This document shows positions 58,401 through 64,000 of a DNA stretch of 64,000 nucleotides, piece by piece; the first letter of the stretch is position 1; each line of letters opens with the position of its first letter. The notes below the pieces were generated by a model that worked only from the letters and a program-made list of their open reading frames with translations, made no database searches and was not told the origin of the DNA. The position numbers were made by a program, and so were the translations under genes. The stretch is from a virus, in the IMG/VR virus record IMGVR_UViG_3300017752_000006; one strand, given 5' to 3'.

Positions 58401-58876
58401 GATTTATAACTAGCGAAGGCGAATTTAAATCAGTAGCATTAAATGAAGGTACTAGAGATACACTGTATCAAAACGCAGTGAATCCAATTACATTTATTAC
58501 AGGTGCTGGATTAGTTGCATTTGGACAGAAAACAAGACAGCTTGCAGCAAGTTCTTTAGATAGAATCAATGTTGCTAGACTTGTAATTTACTTACGCAGT
58601 CAGCTTAACACACTTGCTAAACCTTACTTGTTTGAACCAAACGATAAAATTACACGTGACGAGATCAAAGGTGCTGCAGAAAGCCTAATGCTTGAGTTAG
58701 TAGGTCAAAGAGCACTATATGACTTCTTAGTTGTTTGTGATGAATCTAACAATACACCTAGCAGAATAGATAGAAATGAACTACACTTAGACATTGCTAT
58801 TGAACCTGTTAAGGCAGTTGAATTTATTTACATTCCACTAAGACTTAAGAATACTGGTGAAATTGCAGGATTATAA
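55487..58876 (+). CDS. gp18: Tail sheath protein (T4 gp18-like), enlarged
   Basis: MALVSPGVQVSVVDES, WFAPAGTRRG, RD.LYQN.VNPI, GQKT, LDRINVARL, VVCDESNN, IEPVKAVEFI. Confidence 0.96.
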   Translation: MALVSPGVQVSVVDESFYTPAEPGTTPMIFIASAQDKTNAAGTGTAPGTTAANAGVPYLLTSQRDLADTFGDPIFKSDSNNNMIHGGELNEYGLQAAYSYLGIANRAFVVRADVDLGELEPLAVAPEANPSDGTYWLDTANTLWGIQQWNGNSVLNSGQVFTNKVPIVITDSSDLSNTGSLSTNGYAGEIPVSSIGAVGSYAVIATTTLIRIFYKNTNGVWVLVGSDVWIKSWPTITGTASNPSFAGTAAIEINGTSVTVNSSDTVTDVASTINGLSIPGITAKSVDLKLQIFSDGSSSSADDSSLGGPVLIGGDADRLSELGIAVGTYYPPQLQISKHTSIPEWKTADTYTRPTGSVWLKTTTPNLGASYSLKEWNNATKLWESVKTPLYPNNETAIYELDPTNGGTNLLSGDVYAETNVAGDTQPLATIKLQKRRGVAPTTISGNKITTGSISVGSQSFTIQATDNGSAAFSTAVTITATYTGAAADAGLLAGAINSANIENVTATANSGNKVVINHSLGGEIRFVDTDGVLLAAGFTPYVSPTSGTPNLIYVPGTTSATSPKQIQATRWSPVNDQGNGFYTAKSTEVKAGTANGRLWYNSIVDEVDILVHNGSEWVGTLYDGASGESSNASPFYDADSTKTPDPEGPIVSATAPKTQSDGTALVNGDIWIGTADLENYPKIYKYRADRTDLPIENRWILVDSGDQTSENGILFADVRYSDSGASSATAATIPELMVSDFVDFDCPDPALYPKGMLLYNLRRSGFNVKKYVKNYVNTAGNNTRYGSGTGESQAAYYADRWVTESANQEDGSGTFGRKAQRKVVIQALQALVNSNQDIRDDESRLFNLMACPGYSELIGEMKSLNYDRGLTAFVLGDAPFRLTSDATSLNNWATNVNLALEDNDNGLVTSDPYLAVYYPSGFTSDNFGNNVVVPSSHMMMRTIALSDQVSFPWFAPAGTRRGGITNASSTGFITSEGEFKSVALNEGTRDTLYQNAVNPITFITGAGLVAFGQKTRQLAASSLDRINVARLVIYLRSQLNTLAKPYLFEPNDKITRDEIKGAAESLMLELVGQRALYDFLVVCDESNNTPSRIDRNELHLDIAIEPVKAVEFIYIPLRLKNTGEIAGL

Positions 58877-58883
58877 AAAATGA

Positions 58884-58889
58884 TAAATA
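58884..58889 (+). promoter_or_regulatory. Late promoter core for tube gene
   Basis: GATAAATA before AGGAG SD. Confidence 0.65.
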
Positions 58890-58912
58890 CTTTTAGATTA
58901 GGAGCAAATTAA

Positions 58913-59542
58913 ATGGCAATATCAACACTATCAAAAATCACAGTGCCTTTGGCAAGCGGAGATTCCGCTAGTAACCAAGGCTTGTTGATGCCAAAACTTC
59001 AGTATCGCTTTAGAGTGTCACTGGAAAATTTTGGAGTTTCAACACCAACAACAGAACTAACTAAACAAGTAATTGATGTAGCTCGTCCAAATGTGTCATT
59101 CGAAAAAATGACTATAGACATTTACAACTCAAGAGTTTACCTAGCAGGTAAACATACTTGGGATCCAATTACATTAAATTTACGTGAAGATGTAAACAAC
59201 AATGTACAAAAACTTGTTGGCGAACAGTTACAGAAACAGTTCGACTTTTACGAACAGTCCAGTGCTGCAAGTGGACAAGATTACAAATTCGCAACAAGAA
59301 TTGAAATACTAGACGGCGGTAACGGTGCTAATACACCTACTGTGCTAGAAACATTTGAATTATACGGCTGTTACTTAGAAAGTGCAAACTATAATAGTTT
59401 AGCATACTCTAACTCAACAGATCCAGTCAGCATTGCATTAAACATTCAATACGATAATGCTGTGCAGTCACCGCAGGGTACAGGTATTGGTACTGCTATT
59501 GGCAGAACTGTAAATACACTTGTTACTGGTGCTGGCGCCTAA
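58913..59542 (+). CDS. gp19: Tail tube protein (T4 gp19-like)
   Basis: LQYRFRV, ARPNVSF, YLAGKHTW, L.IQYDNA; follows sheath gene. Confidence 0.85.
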   Translation: MAISTLSKITVPLASGDSASNQGLLMPKLQYRFRVSLENFGVSTPTTELTKQVIDVARPNVSFEKMTIDIYNSRVYLAGKHTWDPITLNLREDVNNNVQKLVGEQLQKQFDFYEQSSAASGQDYKFATRIEILDGGNGANTPTVLETFELYGCYLESANYNSLAYSNSTDPVSIALNIQYDNAVQSPQGTGIGTAIGRTVNTLVTGAGA

Positions 59543-59566
59543 ACAATAAATTTAAGTTCCTAATCT

Positions 59567-59603
59567 ATAGGGGGTGCTTTTTTAAGTACCCCTTATTCTT
59601 TTA
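59567..59603 (+). terminator. Intrinsic terminator after tube gene
   Basis: ATAGGGGGTGCTT-TTTT-AAGTACCCCTTAT stem followed by TCTTTT. Confidence 0.75.
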
Positions 59604-59636
59604 TATACGTACTTTTTAAATTGGATAAATATTAGT

Positions 59637-60902
59637 ATGAGCAAGTTTGGCGGATTTTTAGATAATTTAGCAAGTGGAGCGTTGAGTCCAAAAGGTAATC
59701 TTGGCGACTTTAGACATGCAAGTAAAACATTTGTTACAGATGCATTTAGATTAGCTCCAAAAACAAAATTCCTTTATCATGTATTTTTCGAAATAAATGA
59801 TCAACCTGCAAGTGTGTTACCAGAATTAAAACAAAGACACGCAAGAGAGATTGGTCTGCTTGTAAAGAGTGCAGATTTACCTAAGTATACTGCAACTGTT
59901 GACACTAAGAAAAAATACAACAGAATAAAAAATGTACAAACTAGTATCTCCTATAATCCGTGTAATATTTCTTTCCACGATGATAATTTAGGTATAACTA
60001 GTGCATTAATGGAAGCCTATTATAGATATTATTTTGCAGACGGAAATTATGGATCACGTCCAGAAGCATTTAATCGCCAGGTAAGTAAAACTGCGGCAGG
60101 CGATAGCACATATGCTGGTAAAGAAAGAAACAAATATGCTTATGGTTTAGATAACAACCAAAACGAACCGTTTTTTAAAAGTATACAAATTAGTCAGCTT
60201 ACACGAAAAACATTTACAACATATACATTAGTAAATCCTACTATTACTGACTGGGGACACGATAGTGTAGATAGTTCAGACGGTAGCGGCACTATGACAA
60301 ATAATATGACAGTTGCATACGAGGCAGTATGGTATGATAGAGGTAAAGTAGGAGTGGATAATCCAAAAGGTTTTGCAGATCCATCACACTATGATACAAC
60401 ACCTAGTCCAGCAAGTTTGTTAGGTGGAGGATCTCTAGGAATAGGAGGAGCAATTGGTGCTGGCATAAGTCTTTATGACTTTATAACTAATGATGGCGGG
60501 TTCAACAGTCCTCTTGAAGCAGGGTTAGCCGCTGCAAATTTAGTATCAAATGTACGTAACTTGAGTAGTGAAGGTATCAGGGCAGAAGGATTTAGTTTGC
60601 TTACAGGAGCAATTGGCGCGGCAGCTGGTACAGATGTAAGCGGAGTTGCAAATACATTTTTTCCAAAGAATGGCGGTAGCGGAGGAGCAAAAGATCTTGT
60701 TCTTGCAACAGCCGCTGTAGCAGGATTACAAGCTGTAACTCAAGCAGTAAATAACAGTGACGCAGCCAAAGAAAGTGCAGCAAAATCTGCATTTACAAAA
60801 ACACATCAAGCCAACGGTGGATCTGGAGGAGTCAACGGTGCTAATGCAGCATACAACGCACTATCTTCATCAGCACAACAAGCACTTAAGGATTCTACAT
60901 AA
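59637..60902 (+). CDS. Tube-like baseplate/tail-tube initiator protein (gp54/gp48-like)
   Basis: LVKSADLP, Y.P.NISFHDD, L.NP.I..W.H, MTVAYEAV tube-family motifs plus Gly/Ala-rich C-terminus; TAAATA at 59626-59631. Confidence 0.6.
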   Translation: MSKFGGFLDNLASGALSPKGNLGDFRHASKTFVTDAFRLAPKTKFLYHVFFEINDQPASVLPELKQRHAREIGLLVKSADLPKYTATVDTKKKYNRIKNVQTSISYNPCNISFHDDNLGITSALMEAYYRYYFADGNYGSRPEAFNRQVSKTAAGDSTYAGKERNKYAYGLDNNQNEPFFKSIQISQLTRKTFTTYTLVNPTITDWGHDSVDSSDGSGTMTNNMTVAYEAVWYDRGKVGVDNPKGFADPSHYDTTPSPASLLGGGSLGIGGAIGAGISLYDFITNDGGFNSPLEAGLAAANLVSNVRNLSSEGIRAEGFSLLTGAIGAAAGTDVSGVANTFFPKNGGSGGAKDLVLATAAVAGLQAVTQAVNNSDAAKESAAKSAFTKTHQANGGSGGVNGANAAYNALSSSAQQALKDST

Positions 60903-61264
60903 TGTCAAGTTTACCAAAAAAAGAAACAACATCAGAAGGAAGAACTACAGAATTTTTTGACAAATATTTTACAAAAAAATTAAATTTTCCTACTAATGAA
61001 GTTGATGCTGTAATAGGATTCTTTTTGAAAAGAGGTTTCGATAAAACAGCAGCTCAGAGTACATCAACAGTTTTATTGGAGCAGGCAAAAATAGATAATG
61101 TTAATATTTTTACGTTGTTGGATACGCTAAGAGGTTTAAATGAGATACAATTAAGTACAGTGGTTGCCGAAGTGCTTAATTACAGCAGAGATTCAACATC
61201 AAGTGTAGGTTTTAAACGTACCGCAACTGTAGATAAAATTGAAAAACGTAACATAGTGGTTTAG
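60902..61264 (+). CDS. Conserved hypothetical protein
   Basis: TAATG-coupled in the tail operon. Confidence 0.7.
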   Translation: MSSLPKKETTSEGRTTEFFDKYFTKKLNFPTNEVDAVIGFFLKRGFDKTAAQSTSTVLLEQAKIDNVNIFTLLDTLRGLNEIQLSTVVAEVLNYSRDSTSSVGFKRTATVDKIEKRNIVV

Positions 61265-61268
61265 TGCT

Positions 61269-61703
61269 ATGGCTAGGTTTGCACAGGGTAAATTTGCTCT
61301 AAAAAATCCAACAAAATATGTAGGAAGAAAAACACCAACCTATCGCAGTAGTTGGGAATTTGCATTTATGCGTTTTTGTGACGAACATCCTAATGTAGCA
61401 CAATGGGCTAGTGAAGCAATAAGAATACCTTATCGAAATCCATTCACGGGCAAACATACAATTTATGTGCCGGATTTTTTTGTTGCATACGTAGATAAAA
61501 ATGGTAAACAGAGAGTAGAATTAATAGAAGTTAAACCAGCTAATCAAACGCACAGAGATAAACTTGGCAAAAGTAGGGCTAACCAAGCAAGTTACATCCT
61601 AAATCAAGCCAAATGGTCAGCTGCAAATGCATATTGTAAACAACAAGGTATGATATTTAGGGTGGTAAACGAAACAGATATTTTCCATCAAGGGTCAAGA
61701 TAG
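61269..61703 (+). CDS. gp4: Head completion nuclease (T4 gp4-like, TnsA-type fold)
   Basis: NPTKYVG, YRSSWE, W.SE...IPY, YVPDF, IEVKP, KW.AA. Confidence 0.88.
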   Translation: MARFAQGKFALKNPTKYVGRKTPTYRSSWEFAFMRFCDEHPNVAQWASEAIRIPYRNPFTGKHTIYVPDFFVAYVDKNGKQRVELIEVKPANQTHRDKLGKSRANQASYILNQAKWSAANAYCKQQGMIFRVVNETDIFHQGSR

Positions 61704-61734
61704 TATAAATATTAGTAGTTAATGCGAGATACAT

Positions 61735-62226
61735 ATGACAAAAAAACTTGAAGAACTATTAAATTTGCCTGATTCTAAAGAAATAATACAAGAATCAAAA
61801 AATGTTGAAAAGGCTGAAGCAGCTATTGTAGAGCAACACGAAACTGCACGAGATATATCCGAACTAGATAAAATTGCTAGTGCTTTACCAGCAGTAAAAG
61901 GGTTAGGCGATTTAGCAGATAAGGAATTGAATGAAGTAGCCAACAAGGCTATGACTGCATATGACGACCTTATGGATCTAGGTATGAATGTAGAAAGCAG
62001 ATATAGTGGCAGAGTTTTTGAGGTTGCCGGTAATATGCTGAAAACAAGTTTAGATGCTAAGACTGCAAAACTAGATAAAAAGTTGAAAATGATTGAGTTG
62101 CAACTAAGAAAAGAAAAACAAGATAAAGATAGCAATGGTATTGAAGGAGATGTAATTACCGGTGAAGGATATGTAGTTACAGATCGCAATAGTTTGCTTG
62201 AAAAACTTAAGAATATGGATAAATAA
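61735..62226 (+). CDS. Probable terminase small subunit (gp16-like)
   Basis: RVFEVAGNMLKTSLDA resembles the RAYEVAGQLIK motif of marine T4-like small terminases (recalled); TATAAATA at 61704-61711. Confidence 0.5.
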   Translation: MTKKLEELLNLPDSKEIIQESKNVEKAEAAIVEQHETARDISELDKIASALPAVKGLGDLADKELNEVANKAMTAYDDLMDLGMNVESRYSGRVFEVAGNMLKTSLDAKTAKLDKKLKMIELQLRKEKQDKDSNGIEGDVITGEGYVVTDRNSLLEKLKNMDK

Positions 62227-62246
62227 CATTATAGTAGGATCGTATC

Positions 62247-62810
62247 ATGAAAGCATTTAAAGAATATTTAACAGAGTCTAAAAAGACATACAAATTTAAG
62301 GTAAGAGTAGCTGGAGAATTGCCAGAAAACTTTGCTGATAAACTAGATAGATCAATGACAAAGTTCGAAGTTGTTTCTATTAGCACAGGTAAGAAAACAC
62401 CAATTACAGAAAAACCTTTGGATTTCCCACAACTAGCAAACTGTGAAGTTACACACTATGATGTTGAAGTAAGTTATCCAGTTACAGCATATGTATTAGA
62501 ACATTACCTCGTTAATGAAACTGGTGCACAACATGCTAATCTTATTGTGCGCGGAGAAGGCGATCCTGTAGAAGCACAACAAATGGAAGTTGCAGATGAA
62601 AAAGCACCATATGAGCCATTATTAAATACAGAAGATATGGGCGGCGCAAGCGCACAAGATCAAGTTGCAAATAATCGCACAATGGACCTACTAAAAGAAT
62701 TAGAAGTTGCACGTAAAGAAAGAGCTATTGATCCTGTAGAAGGCATCAAGCCAGGAGATTCAAAAGATATTAGTGCAGATGAAAACACAAAAAGCACGAT
62801 AGGAAGTTAA
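62247..62810 (+). CDS. Conserved hypothetical protein, possibly head-internal
   Basis: MKAFKEYLTES N-terminus; GATAAATA at 62218-62225; AGGA SD. Confidence 0.7.
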   Translation: MKAFKEYLTESKKTYKFKVRVAGELPENFADKLDRSMTKFEVVSISTGKKTPITEKPLDFPQLANCEVTHYDVEVSYPVTAYVLEHYLVNETGAQHANLIVRGEGDPVEAQQMEVADEKAPYEPLLNTEDMGGASAQDQVANNRTMDLLKELEVARKERAIDPVEGIKPGDSKDISADENTKSTIGS

Positions 62811-62812
62811 TA

Positions 62813-64000
62813 ATGAATAACATGCGATCATATTTAGATATTTTGTCAGAAGCACCAGCTCGTGGGCTTAGTGGCGACGGGAGCTTGGTAAACTTCAATG
62901 TAGACAAAAGTTTGCCTGTAACAAAAATAAAAGATGCAGATGGCAAAACATTTGATTTACATGCTGCAGAAGAAGATGCACAAAAATTTGTCGACGGTAG
63001 TAACGCATATGAGAAGTTCGATGCTGGTACAGCAGCACCTCAAGCAGGTGGTAATGAAGAACTTGATGCTATTGTAGCAAAGTATGCAAAACCAGGTATG
63101 ACACTTGCAGATTTAGCAGCTGCCGAGAAAGAAGCAGGTAGCGATTCAAATTCAAGATATGTAATTGCGTATATTGCAAAGTCATTAGGCGAAGAAGGCC
63201 TATATAGATCAGATGGTAGTGGATATGTATATCTTGAAGGTGACGAAGTTAAAAGTGCAAGAGGCGGAAGTATGGACCAAGCAAAGGCTGCGGCCGCACT
63301 AGGTTTATTACCAGATGCTACAAAAGAAAAAATCGAAAAGGTTTCACAAAGTTCAAGAACAGATGTTGCAGATAAAGCTAAAGAAGTACTAGCGGCAGCT
63401 GGCGACAAACCAACAGCTCAGGATGGCGAAGGTGGAGCAGCAGGCGCAGTTTCTGAAAAATTAAAACGTGTACAAGAGCTACTTGCTAAAGCAATAGAAC
63501 AAACTACCGAAGAAAGTTGGGCACCACGTAGTTATGCAGACCAATTATTAGAAGAAATTTCAGCACAAGAGACAACTGAATTACAAGGTTTAATAAAAGA
63601 ATTAGAAACAGAACTTCCAAATATTGCTGACGAATCATTAAAGCAACAAATAGAAGCAGCTCTCAATCAGTACAAAGAATTCCAAGCAAAGTCTACACAA
63701 GGTATCGACGAACCAGGCGCAGAAGGTGAAGGTCAAATTGATACTGATAGCGACAGTGCTATTGCCGCAGCAGTTGCTGATCCTGCACTTTGGATTACTA
63801 ACGAAATGCCCAAAGAGTTAGCACAGGCTAATGCAAAAGGATTGTTAAAAGCAACTGAAAACGGTAAGAAAAAATCGGCTTCGGCAGCAGCTGTACAACA
63901 GATAATGAAACAGATTGCTAGTATAACTGGCAACAAAGATATGGACATTGACGCAGATGGACTATACGGACCAGCTAGTATTGAAGCAGTTAAAAAGGCT
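62813..64000 (+). CDS. Partial (3'-truncated) protein ending in a peptidoglycan-binding motif
   Basis: Open frame from ATG 62813 (MNNMRSYLDILSEAP) to the window edge; last residues IDADGLYGPASIEAVKK match the PG_binding_1 DG.YG..T..AV motif. Confidence 0.72.
   Translation, partial: MNNMRSYLDILSEAPARGLSGDGSLVNFNVDKSLPVTKIKDADGKTFDLHAAEEDAQKFVDGSNAYEKFDAGTAAPQAGGNEELDAIVAKYAKPGMTLADLAAAEKEAGSDSNSRYVIAYIAKSLGEEGLYRSDGSGYVYLEGDEVKSARGGSMDQAKAAAALGLLPDATKEKIEKVSQSSRTDVADKAKEVLAAAGDKPTAQDGEGGAAGAVSEKLKRVQELLAKAIEQTTEESWAPRSYADQLLEEISAQETTELQGLIKELETELPNIADESLKQQIEAALNQYKEFQAKSTQGIDEPGAEGEGQIDTDSDSAIAAAVADPALWITNEMPKELAQANAKGLLKATENGKKKSASAAAVQQIMKQIASITGNKDMDIDADGLYGPASIEAVKKA

Noticed and set aside
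1-64000. Alternative genetic code, tRNA genes, group I introns
   Set aside because: Conserved genes end at TAA, TAG and TGA and are uninterrupted; intergenic gaps are too short and show no cloverleaf or intron core

Overview
64 kb slice of a large, AT-rich T4-like myophage genome (probably aquatic; host not determinable here). It covers most of the virion morphogenesis region. In order: head module (acidic core-like protein, prohead protease gp21, scaffold gp22, major capsid gp23); a ~29 kb array of giant paralogous fibre/baseplate-associated proteins with small partner proteins and three tandem C1q-domain fibres; a ~9.7 kb island with one flavin-dependent halogenase, nine 2OG-Fe(II) oxygenase-like genes and three paralogs of unknown function; cupredoxin-motif fibres flanking a subtilisin (S8) protease; then NUDIX, gp15/gp14/gp13, dNMP kinase, HNH-like, sheath gp18, tube gp19, gp4, a probable gp16 and a truncated protein with a peptidoglycan-binding motif. 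T4-type late promoters (TAAATA and variants) recur before most operons. No tRNA, rRNA, CRISPR array, intron or recoded stop codon was seen. Top candidate: the giant fibre at 22605-30814 carries six helical repeats, four of them spaced ~160 aa apart, whose K-C-x-R-D-x-G...Y....GG(T/N) motif matches the bilin-attachment helix of phycobiliproteins. The gene is split in the middle of the first repeat. Other notable items: type-1-copper ligand sets in fibres, two structured 5' leaders, and a precise leaderless late-mRNA pattern. All family assignments come from motif recognition by eye; no searches were run.
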